Assembly (NCBI GenBank): GCA_000934665.2
Contig: KZ538415.1
Span: 1 to 64,000 of the forward strand
Reading direction: 5' to 3'
DNA from: Catajapyx aquilonaris
Taxonomy: Eukaryota
DNA length: 64,000 nucleotides
Shown: piece after piece, positions 13,171 through 27,105 of the stretch
How the letters are laid out: every line of letters begins with the position of its first letter
Numbering within the stretch: the first letter of the stretch is position 1
Notes under the pieces: generated by a model
The model's input: only the letters and a program-made list of their open reading frames with translations
What the model was told of the DNA's origin: nothing
The model's database searches: none
Program-made: the position numbers and the translations under genes

Positions 13171-16100
13171 ATGAGCAATTATTTTCGAGTGCTCATGTTT
13201 TGAACTTTCCAGTTTCCCCGCTAGATGCCTCTCCTCTGCCGCATCCGTCCTGCCCTCCGACGGGTGGGACGGGAACCGCGTGAAAGGCCAGCTGCGCAAA
13301 TGTTCTAAAAAGATCTTCCTAGGTTCCTAGTCTTCGTTCGGTCGTTCTTCGGGTCGAACTGGTGCTGTGCGAACGGATGTTCTTTCTCTGTCTTCTTGTG
13401 TGGTCAGTTCGAGAGTGACCTGTGGGCACGGGAAGAAGACGAGATCGAGTGAAGGACAAGGGAGGGAAGGCAGGCCTTTTCGACGGGGATACATCTGTCC
13501 AACAGGATTCAAAGGTGAGGCCGAATAATAATGGTGGTAATAATAATAGAAGGGACAGGTGTTCGTCGTCGCATTTGATCGGTGGACAGCAGTGTCCGGA
13601 TTCAAGACAATGGAATGACCATTGTTAATGACATTGTCCTGTTTGTAAGCTTCAGATAAATATTATGCGGGCTGCCCGTGGGAATCCAGAACTGTCCCAT
13701 TTACTCCCTGGACACTGTCCATGCTTCAGGGCAATGCCCACATCTGAGAGACTGTCCCACTTATAGTTTCTGGACAGTGCTTCAGATGGACTGTCCACAT
13801 CAGACTGTCCATGCTTCAGCCCAATTATTATGGAGTCCCCGGTGCGTGACTATGCGGCTATGCAATTGAACTACATTTTTAATCCACATCAAACGTTAAT
13901 CGCAGATTGCAACGACCACTGCAATTATCCCGACGGTCAGCACTTAACTGTCAATCTTTAAACACCGTTCCGCTGCTTAAAAGTTTTATTATTAGCCCTG
14001 CCATATAACGGGTGCTGTTTGATGCAAAGTCGCCTTGAAGATCCACCCTTGACCCGCTTGGAAAAAGTGGGACACCTCTTTTATTCGAACTTGTTACCCA
14101 ACCCAGTGTGTGGGCATCGCATTTTTTAATATTCCATGTGTGTGTGTGTGTTAAAATGTGGCAGCTTGATACAACCGTGCGTAGGAGTCCAGGGAGGCCT
14201 GGGTAAGGTTAAGGCAAATATATTTTATTCCCAACGAGAGAGAGCCGCTGGGAGCAAACAGCTTTCAAAATAATGGATCGTCGGTTACATGCTTCAAGGT
14301 CCTCGTACGATGCATTGCGGTTTTAAAAATAGACGCATTGTTAGCATCACGGTAACGCCATAACATTGTTAGGGTTTTAATAGGCTAATCAGTAAGTGGT
14401 TGTTCACTTATCGCAAATCATGTGGACTTCACTTGAGACAACTTGTGTTATCAGAAATTCGCAGAATGTTGTTACAGTGATAATGCCTGCAATTGTACGG
14501 ACGCAATTCATGAACCGCAATCGTACGGCACAAATACTTTTTGCTCAGGATGTACTTGACAAACATATAAGCGGCAATGGTGTCATCCAACAGGAAAAGA
14601 TCACGTGAATTACTTAGCACCACTCAACTGTGAATTGAATCGTTTGGTTAACCACTTTAGTTAGCCGTGGCTTGACCTAAAGCTTGCAGCGATTGCTTAA
14701 ATGTACATATAATAATGTGTGGACGTTACAACTTTATTACACCATCGCATGTCAAGTGCCGCATTGATTGTTCCGGGGTATCAATAACTGTCTGTACCAT
14801 CCGATAACTTCCGGCTTCACATTCTTAGAAGGGGTCTTGCACCATTGAATAATTTACACCCTCAGGTTCAGCGACCCAACTTTTTTCTGTTTGGATCCTG
14901 ACCGCCCAATGGTTTCCATCTGCCATTTGCATTGTAATTGGTCTCATGTCACGTCGCGTTGTGTGCAGAAGTTTTACTAAGCAGTCTCACGATATATTAA
15001 GTGAGGGGGGGTCGGCTGAAAGGGGGAACAATGATCAATAAATATGTTTCTCTGGTAATATTGACTTCTTTTGGGGGGAAGGTAAGTGCCCTCGTGGTGG
15101 GCTAAGACGGACAGAAGTTCACCACAGGTGCGTCCCACTTTAATGTGCACTATTCCGTCACATGTAAAACGTACACAGATTATATTTTAAATTCATTTAT
15201 TATTTTCTAACCATGTATTAAAACAATTATTTTTCAGCTCCTCGTTACTAGCCATAACAATTGTAATTAAGCAATAAGCTGACAATATTACAGCGGCACC
15301 TGTACTGTCACATGTCCAATTGGTAAAAAGCACACTGATAATTTTGTAAAATTTATTTATATATGATTTTCTAACATGTAATAAAAACTATTATTTTTCA
15401 GCTCCTTGTTACAATTGTAATTGAACTCATCAGCAAGTTAACGGCGAAAACATTTGTATTGCAATGTGTCTTTGCTGTCTAAATTTAGCCTATTTTTTAC
15501 ATATATTTTAGGGTGTCCACACACACTAGTGCGGCTTATGTAAGAGTACGTTTGGAGCCAAAATTTATTTCCGTCCCATGTCACGTCATGTGGATGGTAC
15601 GGCGTGCATTTTATTTTTGTTATGAATTTTTTTGCGCACTGCACGGCTTGCTAATTGGAATAATCGCAGGTGTCGGAAGTCTGAAAATTTGTATTACAAA
15701 ATTGCTTTGGCCTTGCAGCACCGGTACGCATTTGAATAGGTTGCGACAAGGCCAATGTTAATTCACTTAAACTTGTTTGATAATATTGAAGATCCTTGCT
15801 GCTATTATTAAACCACTTTGCTCTTAGTGATACAGCTAGGGCAATGTACTTAGATAAGTTATCACGTGCAGCGTAATGTTTATTTACACCGGTGATTCAT
15901 CTGAGCATGTGTTTCAATATTTGCTGGCTTGATGTCAGATGTTTTGAGAAAATGTTGAAATAACTGGTTGGTTTTATTCACACTATGATAAGCGCTAAAG
16001 ATCTCTGAATTTTTGCATTTGCATAATTCATATCCTGCCACTACTTGTCATTCAATAATGTAAATGGGAAAATTATATGAGTCACACATTTCCTTAAGAG

Positions 16101-19091
16101 CTGTGTGGACATCCCACAATTCGATTTATCGGCAGCTCAGCACACTATTATCAGTTGTCATCTCACTTCAAACCGCATGCCATATCGATGACCTCTAAAT
16201 GGGTCGGGGCCAAACCGATGAACCGACAAAACGGCATGTTCCAACATTATATTCCAGTCGAATCCGGTAATTGTTAGTAAGTCACGGTCCCTTGCTCCCA
16301 ACCGCTATTATTACTCCCATCAGGCATATGCATTAATGAGACAGTCTTCCAATTCCAGTACTGTATGGTCGGGCACACCCCCGACCCAAGTGTCGCAAGC
16401 CAATATGCGTTATTGCAACTTGTTGCTCAGGATTGCTTCGGCTTATTGGATCCCACAGGATGTCATAGGGTGACAGCTATTGGGGTCATCGGTGAGCAAG
16501 CAGCGCGACACTCCGCAATTAATAGTGTGCCATTAGAGGTTGTCGCGCTACGATGAAGCAATAGCGCGGTGTAATTTTCCTTCACTTTCAGTAACAAACT
16601 GACATTTACAAACCCCCTTGAGAAATGAAATTAGTTAATTTTTTTTATTCCAGATTGCATTAGCCGATATCATGCTGTAATAATTTTTATGCAGATTGTA
16701 ATAGCGCAGTGTAATTTTGTCGCAATTAATGAATTATTTTTCAGGTTGCACTTGTAATAATGTTTTTCCAGATCGGATTAACCGATTGTTATGTTATTCT
16801 AACCGCGTTTACAGTTGAAGGCCAGGACGTCCTATTGAGAATGCGTTAAACTCTGGCTCTTCCAGTGGGTACGACCTGGTCAGTTCCACATGCATTACAC
16901 CAAGAGTAAATAACTCTTGATTACACACAACCTCGGTCAATACCATTGTTGAACCACAAACGTGCAACAGGCACCGGCCCCAGAAAAAAAACCTTCACGG
17001 ACAGAACGCAATCATAAAATATTAATGAAGGCAAGATCAATAGGCTAAAAATAAGTGCAGCTTCAACCCTCCAGTACGATCCAGCTGTAAAAAATGATAA
17101 GATTCAACGCATTGCAACGTAACAAAAGTGACGTTTGGTTCTCCTGTCACATACGAAATGACCTAGGAGACAATTGGATATTGATCAATGTCCTGAAAAC
17201 CACAATCGGTAACTGTGACCTTCGAGTTGTGTTAGTCGATTGGGAACTGGATTGCGGTGAATGATTTGTAACTACTTTTTAAATGCGTCGGTGGTCGTAT
17301 GACTCGTTCCTTTTAAAATGATCGTTAAGAAGGGTTTTCTAGATTCATAAAAATACTTTTGGTTTTGTTCTTTTTTTCCACCTGCTTCCGACGCATGCAC
17401 GCTTTCGTGACATGCTCAGTAGTCATGCAATCCATAAACCCTTTAACATGAAGTGCATTTTAGAGACACATGCCAAGCGGTATTTTCCTCCAAACTATTT
17501 TTTGGAACCGGGAGTAAGAAACTTTCGACCTCTTTGAAGGTTCTATTTGAGTGGAAATTGGCCGTATTTTTTTAGAGCGCAAATATTTACCCTGAAACTT
17601 TCATTTCTGTCATTTGTAATGGTGCGGATGGAGTGAATATGCGGCCAATGGTACTTGGGTAGGTTTTTAAGTGAATAATTCATAAGCACACCTGCCGGCA
17701 AATATGTCTGTCCACTTACACCTACGCCCATTACCTGCACGCAATACAAAAAAAAAAAAAGTCAATAACACAAGTGGAGGGGAGTTGTGCGGAAATAACG
17801 AAGCAATTTTTAAGAGCAGGGTATTAAGCGCCTATTAACTGCAAGATGGCAATCAGAAAAGTGAATAACCTTAAAAGCTCACGTGAAGCGATATTGATTT
17901 TTTTTTAACAGTGTTTAATGCGCAGTGAATTACACAATAGCCATAATGAGTAATTGGATAGGGTTCGTATGAAATGCACCGCTTGATGTCACTGGATATT
18001 TTTGCAATCGAGCCGTTAGCGACTTGCTCTAATTAACCTGAGTAGCACCTGTCATGAAATTTGTCGCTTTCCAATTTTACGGCCAGCCCAATGGAGACAA
18101 CCTTGGGTCAGCTGTAAAAAAAAAGTCGAAGTGTCGTGTCCTACTTATACGTAAACTAACCGGGTGAGTTGGGCTTTATTTTGGCAAGGGCTCCTCCAAG
18201 CTTGAAATTGTGATGGAAGCAGGTGATTATGAATGGGAGCCCTTGGGAGAGCGGCTTCCTTAACGAGAATTTTGCGACTTGAAATGATTGGAGGGCACTC
18301 GGGTGTGAGACGAGAGAGAGTTCCGTCTTGACTAACTCAGTACAGAATTAATTGTTGATGTGCTGACGTTTTGACCTGTAGCGGTAATCATATTATTAAC
18401 GTATATGCTTGAATGTGAAGCAATGATTACACTTTACAGCATATTTAATTTCCAGGTAACCGCAGCCGATACCAGCAAAAAGCTAAGAATGTGCCCCTGT
18501 GCTTAGCAATAAATAATTCATAGCTCCTTCGAAAGCCCGCACAATACAAGATGGAAAAATCAATCGCAATCTGATCACCTCCAGTTCCCTGATCGCATAA
18601 GGGCCTCTTAATCCTTCGCTTCGGGGAAAAAGCAACAATTTCCACCCAATTAACTTAAGGGCAGGCGTTTAAAAAACGGCTAAGGATGAGTGATAGCGAA
18701 TGGAGTTTGTTTTAAAGAGAATGGGAACCACGCTCGGATGCCTTTAGGGCATATTTTTTGTACCCGTGACAAATGAGAGGAAGCGAAATGTTCGATTCAC
18801 TTGTTATTTTCACAGTGGGTGGTACCGCCTGTCCCCAATTTACTAGTGATAAGTAAAGTGTGTACAGAAGGAGCCTGTCTCCAAATATTGATTTCCATGC
18901 CACGTTACGCTGCATGGGATGCCTAAAAATTCAGGTGGTGTATACTTGATGGCGGCTGATGTTATAAATTTGTTACTTGCATGGGTACAGTTAAATGTTT
19001 CAACCGTACCGTGCGGATGATATCCTCGGCCGCAGCGTCTTTCACATCAATCAAATTGATCCGAATGTTTTGGTCCTTTCGCAGGCATGGG

Positions 19092-22000
19092 ATGGAGTCA
19101 GCACTTTTGTCTGAATTTGTCAACAATACGGGAGCTGACTTGGCACTGGCCAGGGATATCCTAGAAGGTAAATTTAATTGGAAATATACTGCCCATACGC
19201 ATGAAACTTTCATAGAGTATATTGATCTTACTTTGCAAGGCTCCGGCTTTTCCTGAACTTTTTTTTTTTAAGATTTTGCTTACCTCAAGAGACAAGGCCA
19301 GCCATTTAGTTAACAATTCACGAGGCAAGTCGGGAAGTGATATATTCAGGCTGCTATTGTTGTTATGTTGTGACAGGAGCTCGTTTGGTGCCTCGGAGCT
19401 GGGTTGATTTAGTATGACGGGTTCCGCATATTCACAGTTGAATAACTATACCGATTGTAATTCATGAAGTAGTCGTATGGCAGATTACGGTCTCAACTAC
19501 AGCAGTGTATGTAAGGCCGTAATCTGTTCAGCCGTGTGGTTCTAAGGTAAATTAAGCTACGTTACTAACAGAAACATATTTGCAGGCCAACAATGGGACA
19601 TGAAAGCAGCCCTCCAGGTGTTCTACTTCCTAAGTGAGCACAACCTGTACAAGAAGGCACCTGCCAGCCAAAATGAAGACCTGAAGGTAGCTGCTGCCAT
19701 TTCTTCTCCTCCGCCGCAGCCACTTCCCCAGCCGATTGCTCCGGCACAAGGCGAGTTCCTGGGAAGCGGCAGCGGCAGGAGGAAAGAGGAGCAGGAGGCG
19801 GACGACACTGTCAGTGATGCGGGAATCAACTTCCAGAAGATGACTCTAACCAAGAGCAACGCCCTGGATATTGCTGATTACGACTGTGAGTTTCGCGTCT
19901 CGGACGTACGAGGGCAATTACTTAGCGTCGTGTTCTTTCCTATGCAGATAAGAAGCTCTCGAGAGGAATCTCACGTGCAACGGACAATGTGAATCTGGTG
20001 TCAAAGGCACGCAACAAGTTTGCTCAGGACTTTTCCGACAGTGAAGTCTGCCACATTAGCCAGTACTTCATCGACACTCCCATCTATACCTTTACGTTGC
20101 CTGACCTCGCAGTGTATCCAGGTACGTACAGTGGAACTCATTCAATTGCAGACGGTAATTTTATTGCATGAATTGCAGAAGACTTCCGTGCCTTTTTGGA
20201 GAAAGATCTGATTGAGATATCCACACTGGTGTCTTTGGAGAATGCGGGGAGGCTCAATTGGTGGGTGGAAACCGGGGCATGCCAGCGACTTTGGCCTCTC
20301 GCAACAACTGGCGACGGAAACTGCCTCCTGCACGCTGCGTCTTTAGGTGTGTAACATGACTCTCGTTTGTGTGACGTGCGGCTTAAACTAATTTATGCAC
20401 AGGCATGTGGGGCTTCCATGATCGGCTGCTGACCCTACGCAAGGCATTGCATGCGTTCATGACTCAAAGCAAGCACACGTCAGCCTTGTATCGGCGTTGG
20501 AGGTGGCAGCAGACCCTGCAGAATGCGCAGGCGGGCTTCCAGTACAGCCAGGAGGAGTGGGGGCAAGAATGGGACATCATCCTCAAGATGGCCTCGACCG
20601 AGCCTCGAGTCAGGGCAGGCAGGAGAAGAAGCAGCGTTTACGACAACATGCTCGGAGGAAGGTACGTTAAAGATCCTGATTGTATTAATTCCAATTAACG
20701 TGTCCGAATTCTGCAGCTCGACGGAGAACCCAATAGGCGAGACCTACGAGAGCCTGGAGGAGATACACGTCCTTGCACTGTGCCACGTGTTGCGAAGGCC
20801 TATCATAATCATCGCAGACACCGTCCTGAAGGATGTTAACGGAGAGGCATTGGCTCCCATACCATTCGGGGGTATTTACCTTCCGTTGGAGATTCCTGCT
20901 CAGGAATGTCACAGATCCCCGCTGGTCCTGACGTTTGATGCTGCACATTTCTCAGCACTTGTTGTGATGGAGAGGGATGCGGCTGACAAGGCGACATTGC
21001 CACCTGGTGAGTTCTATTAATGTCCAATTAAGTGACCGGCCAAAACTGCAGACACATGGTAAATCAACATTTCTCCACAGTCGTGATCCCGCTGACGGAC
21101 TCGGACCATCAACTCCTCCCGATCCAGTTCGCGTCTGACCCTGGCGAAAACTTCACCTGGTCGCATTGTGATCCGCAGCTTCCACCAATCCGTGATCGCC
21201 TCCCTTTGCTACAGTCGTACCTTGATGTGGTCCAGGTTCCGATCCCACCTTCGTACACATCGTCTGCCATTGACGACAACTGGGAGAATGAAAATTGTGA
21301 GTCGCCCACAGACGCCGCGTCTCCAGTCCATGCTTCGTCCATGGAAGGCGACTTGGACCTTGATTTTGAAGGTGGCAACAGCGGCGGACTCTTAAAAGGA
21401 AGGAGTGGGAAGCAGCTTCAGTCGGTCGCGAGGCAATTTGGCAGCATCGGGAAGTCTGTCGGGAAGAAGCTGAAACGCAATATTGGGTCGTTCATCGGAA
21501 GATCCAACTCATTCAGAGGGAAAAAGGACGGCGGGAAAGGCGAGGGGAAAGGGGTGGCTGCGAATGCCGGGAGAGGACGGCAGATGATATCGAGGAGCCA
21601 GGATTACATTCTGGCCGCTCAGATCCACACGGATCAGCGTCACGAATTCCAGGATGAGATGATTCGGAACTACCTGCAGTCCGCGCAGTCACGGTTTGAG
21701 AAAGAGGTAGGTCACTCTTAGTCACGTAGTATGCGGAAAATGCTCATACTTTCCTATCAATCATCAGGTGTTGAAGGGCACGAACCATGTGAACGGAATG
21801 GGAAACGACCAACCTCCATCGCACTTAGGATCCTTCCGACCTGGGGCCGGACAGCCAGGGTCTGGTCCGGTCCTGTGCATCAACCCGGGATGCAGCATGT
21901 ACGGCACGGCCCTGACAAGCTACATGTGCTCCTCCTGCTTCGCCAAGCAGAAGGAGCAGGAAAGCAAGGAGATCACCCGTATTACCACCTCTCCACTCAC

Positions 22001-22668
22001 TGCCAAACGACAGCAACAGGCTGACAACAACAACCACCATGGTGCATACGGAACTGGGAAGTCCAAATTCTACACCGACATTGATCGAGGAAATCTTCGG
22101 ACCGTGCCCATGGCCAAATCTGGTCTCAATCAGGTATGATGGGTAACCCCTCAATTCGGCTCAGGATTGTGAGAATAACTTGTGATATTCGCAGGACCAG
22201 ACGCTGTACCTTTCCAAGTCGACGTTTTACAACGATGCAGCTCCTGTCACGTCCGGCGGAGGGTCATCCATACCCAGCTACAACCTCGCCAAAGACGATT
22301 CCAAGAGCCGGAAGACCAGCAACACCAGTGTGCGGTCGGAGGTCGCAGCGTCTGAACCCTCGCGGAACACCACCTTCGCTTCTTTAGTGCCCAGATGCGG
22401 CAACGAGCTGCCGGGAGTATCAGTCAACGAGGTCGTTAAGGTCACGACGCCACCTCCACCGGCCGCGACCGACAGCAAGTCAGCGGCCGCTGCGGCTGGA
22501 CTGAACATGCCCTGCAGGAACAGAAGTTGCCAGTTTTTCGGTAGCCCCGAAACAGCCTATTTCTGCTCCAAGTGCTTCAGGGAAAGCAGGTCTGAGGGTG
22601 GCGGGGGTTCAGGCGGAGGAGGGTCGGTGAATGTCGTAGTGCAGCAGGCAAGGACATCCCAAGTCTGA
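19092..22668 (+). CDS. OTUD7B: OTU deubiquitinase OTUD7/Cezanne-like with N-terminal UBA-like domain and two A20-type zinc fingers; exons 19092-19167, 19586-19885, 19948-20121, 20179-20346, 20403-20661, 20717-21006, 21081-21706, 21768-22133, 22195-22668
   Basis: [22 protein letters not shown] (UBA), [25 protein letters not shown] (catalytic Cys), [30 protein letters not shown] (catalytic His), CINPGC..CSSCF and CRNRSC..CSKCF. A 5'UTR exon may end at a donor near 13514. Confidence 0.92.
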
Positions 22669-25474
22669 AGGAAGGTTGTGCGAATCTCGGGACGTTAAGC
22701 AACCAGGGTTCAGAAAGTTCAAGGTATGAATTTTATTGGCTGGGATGGTGAAACAGTGGAAATTTTTTAGAGCCGAACACCTTTTTAAGTTGTGATCATT
22801 TGAGACTGAATTTGAGGGGGGAAAGTGGTTCAGGCGCAAACTTTCACTGTTGCGATTTTAAAATTTTAGCGCCCGCGGAATTTTCAATTCGGCTGTCGTA
22901 ACACCGTAGCAACGCTTGATGTTCGGCAGCTGAATTTTACAGCCATGAAGTCGTTGTGCAATAGTTTCAAATCAATCCGGCTTTTTCCCTTTAAAAAAAA
23001 GTTCAGCTTCAGATCGTTCGTTTATCCGCATTAGCGAACAGGCTTTGATGTCATTGAATCGTCCAATTGTTGTGGGGGGGNNNNNNNNNNNNGGGGGGGG
23101 GGAAATTTGAATCCCAAAGCGTGATACTTCTCAGTATTTTGCTGAATTTCTGAGCCCTGCAAAATAAAAACATATTGACAACTTGTTACTTAAACTATCC
23201 TGCGGTGTGTATAAAAAAAAATGCAGGAAGAAAAAAAAACCATCAAAAAATATATTTTGCAACAGTTTTTTTTAAATACCTTGCGGATTTTTAGTGCCTT
23301 TTTGCCTCCTTCGATTAACTTCGATGGGCCTGATCCGCTTCTTGTTTTAAACGTGGTTATTTTTTTATTTTTTTCTTCCTGAAAACTTAAAAGGAGGTAA
23401 ATACATATGTCTTTAAAATAAAGACTTGTGATAAAATGCTTGCTTGTAGTTTAACTGTGTTTGTGCCAAAAAAAAATATTCATAAAAAAAAAAAACTTTG
23501 ATCTTTCCGTCAAGTTGCGTTCAATAAAATAATAGCGAGAAAAAAAGGACACAAAAAAAATACAAGCACATAGATAAACGTTGAGCATTTTTTTTTTTTT
23601 GGAGGAATAATCAAAGTGGTTTAAAAAAAAAAGAGTAATTTTTGTATCGTTGTGTATGAGTGCGAAATAACTTGATAAGTGCAGTATTTCCAGATGAGGT
23701 GTCGGTGCGAAGTTTTTAATTGTGTTTTTTTTTGGTCCCCCTTGTTATTTGTTTTTAACAGGAGAAGTTTTTAAGTGTTGAAGACTCGCTTTTTAAAGGC
23801 AATTGGAAGTTTATTTTTGCAGCGATATATTTGAAGCTTGTGCAAAATACGATTTATTTTAGCAAATCGATGAAAAAGACTTCCAATTGTTAAGAGTTAC
23901 GATTTGAAGAAAAATGTGTTGTGTCACCTGTGAATATTTAAAAAAAAAAAAAAAGTTGCAGAGTACAAAAATTTAAAAAATATATTATAATATTAATGGG
24001 TCGTACAGAGAGCTGAGCTTTAAACTTCAATAGAGATTTGCGTTTGGTATTCGTGCCTTTTGCAAACAGCTATAATAAAAAATTTGTCTAGATTCATTGC
24101 CCGATGTTGTGTTCAAGTCGGTTTATTTTGCAGATCTGTTAATATAATCGGGGGCGGTGGGTACGGGGAATACTATTGACATCTGCATGTTTGGTTCGTA
24201 TGTGCAACGTCATTTTTGTAATTATTTTATTACACGAACCTTGTTACAGCCGATGATTTTAAAAAAAAAGGGGGCTGATGTAAAGTGTGTGGCTGCAGAT
24301 CATGTGTGTAATTTGCAGGTGAACCTAGTTGAGTCATTAATAAAATGACATGCTCATTGTACAATCGCTGCTCTTTTCTATCGGCACTTTCTAGATTACG
24401 TCGAGCCGTCACATGCGGAAAACCATCGCTTTCATCCGACCATTGCTGCGAATTTCTCCGGTTCATCGAAGCGGGTAAGCGCAATAATTACTTTTGATCC
24501 GGTACGTTCACACGTTTTACTTTCAAGAGGTAATGCAACAGCCTAGTAGATCACATCCAAATTTTTTAATTCATTCAGGTACACAAATCCTTAAAGTACA
24601 TCACTTTATATACAGTACAACAAAACGACAGTGAACACTGTTCATAAATAATAATTACATTACACTCTTTGACACACGTAAAAGACCTTTTCAAGTTTTC
24701 ATTCGTTCTCGTTCTACTCTTACAAAAAGGCAAGCTTAGTATCACCAACTTGTCGTCTCTGCGAAAAAATGTAATAAAAGCTTGAAGATTTGTCTGAACT
24801 ATGAGTCGATTGCGCCTAATTCAAGAGCCAATCGTTAGTCCATCGTTATCACTCGTTATGGCAGGGACTTGATTTTTTCACTTATGTGCAATAATTTCTT
24901 GCGAGCCTAATTTGATAACCTCGTTTGAAACGTTGCGACTACTTTCTCTGGAAACTACACATTTAGCAGTTGAGCCGAAACTATTTCCCCCGTATTTAAC
25001 TTAGCACCCGTTGTATGCACCTCTCACTTTAAATGCCAACTAAATAAACCCGTTAACATTTCGTAACGGTCTATGCAACATAATTAGATATGACACGACA
25101 TGCAAAGATATGCTTTAAAAAAAACCTGCCAATCACATTGATTGAGAGAAAATGCTTCATTGCACAGTTGGCACAATGCTGAAGGAATCGCAGTGTCGTA
25201 AGCAAAGATGGGCTCCGTCCGCTTACTCGTAAATAGTTTCAGAGTAATCATTCGGACTGTACAGAACCAGTTCGGAGCATCCAAAGCACGTACTGCTAAC
25301 ATTAGTTGCAATTACCTTTTTTTTTTCAGTACCAACCCACATGACTAGAACTGCATGTCTTTCCAATACATGGGTACAAAAATAGCAATGGCCAACTCCC
25401 TACGCCTATGCAAAACGTGTCAATTTCGTTTTGTTTTTTTTTAGACCCCCAGCTCCCGTAATAATTTTGGCACG

Positions 25475-27105
25475 TCATTGTGTAGCACAGCCCTTTTTGT
25501 CGTCCGGACAAACGTTGAGTGCTTGTCCCACCCGGACTCTCTCTCCCGGAGCCACCTTGAACTTGAAGTCCTTCGGCGCCTCGAACACCATCACTATTGT
25601 TGATCCCAGGTTGAATTCGCCGAATGGTTCGCCCTTCTGGCACGACACTTTCGGCAGGCAGCAGTTGGAGAATTGCCTGGCCTTACGTCCCGAGTTGGTG
25701 CGCAGATCCTGTCATAACGATCGTGTTGTTATTGCCGTGAAATCAATTGATCCTCAGATTGCCCTTTCACGGTGAAACGTACCTTGTCAAAATAGACGTT
25801 GATTGAGCCTACGTTTGTGGCTCCAACTGCCGCCATAGAGAAGAACCCATGCGTCCAGCTGCCCACGTACACGGCACGCTCGTTCAGGTTGAACAGTCCT
25901 GCTATCCACCTGGCCATCGTTGGTCTCACGCTAAACAGCTCACCTGCATGATTATAAAGACAAATAGCTTGAATCATTCAACCCCATATAAATACCGACC
26001 TGGAAAATGCCTTCGAAACTGTACAGTCCATGAGACCGGGGAATGGAAGCAATGGTAGTCCCCTGGAGCTAAATAAATCACGCAGTGGTACAGCACATTC
26101 CCTGGTTTGGTCACGATCCCCTCGTTTGGCTCGTTCCAGTCGCGGGGACCCAAGAAAGCGTTTAAGGAGTAAGTAACGCCTTTCACCTGAAAAGCCGCAA
26201 AGACAGATCATGCCGGTAGCTATCCCGCTGCGAAAGTACCTGCTCGACTTTATCTCCTTCGACCCGTCCGAAATGCAGCATAGTCCCATCCGCAGGCGAT
26301 ACTATACAATCGCCATCGTCTATGGGCCTCGTTCCGTCCTTCAGCTTACGCCTGAAGAACTCCCCGAGGTTCCTGTACTCCCCCAGATCCTCCACCTGCG
26401 CCTCTTCCAGGTTGCATCCGAAAGCGGACACGTACCATCCTAGCACTCGGTGTCTGGCCCAAACCGGAAGCTCCACCTCGTTGACTCGGCCCCATATTCG
26501 GGACATGGCTCGCAACGGAACCATCTTGTAGCAGGTGATCTCCCAGTCGTGAGCAAGCGGCTGGGTGGAGTCGCCGAGTTTGGCCGACTCACGACGGCGG
26601 ACGCGCCAGTAATGCTGGAGCGCAATGAGAGCCAGACCCACACCCACGGGTATGGGAGCCCAGTGGGTGCGGAGATACCGGACGTAACGAGCCACGGACA
26701 TGTTGGCTGTCCGCTGCCATTTTTCCGCCGGCCGCTGTCCATCTGCATGAAAATAACAAAATCATATTCAAATTGTGTACAAACTGATTGGATCCGAGGC
26801 AATGTTTTGCCAATTGTAATCGCTGTGTACAAACAACGGCAGGCAATGTCAATGTCCCATCCGCATGAGATAAGCTCATCGCATTGCCCATGACCCTTTC
26901 GGTTCCTTTTGAGATCAAGGCCAAACGCACCTATGCAGTAAGCTCGGTGCGCAAACAAGAACCCGTTTTTGGGGTTGGGCGAGGCGCAAAGTCCCCAGGA
27001 GGTTGCCTGAAGCTTATGCTCGGACGCCATTTGGATCAAGTGTCTTGCCAGCGGGACGGTTAAGCTCAGGGATGGTCCACCCAACATTTTCCTCGATTCA
27101 GGCAT
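25475..27105 (-). CDS. PISD: Phosphatidylserine decarboxylase proenzyme; exons (5'->3') ~27105-26801, 26742-26240, 26186-26000, 25943-25783, 25708-25475; N-terminus uncertain
   Basis: [43 protein letters not shown] and [10 protein letters not shown] (LGST self-cleavage/pyruvoyl site); splice phases consistent. Confidence 0.92.
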
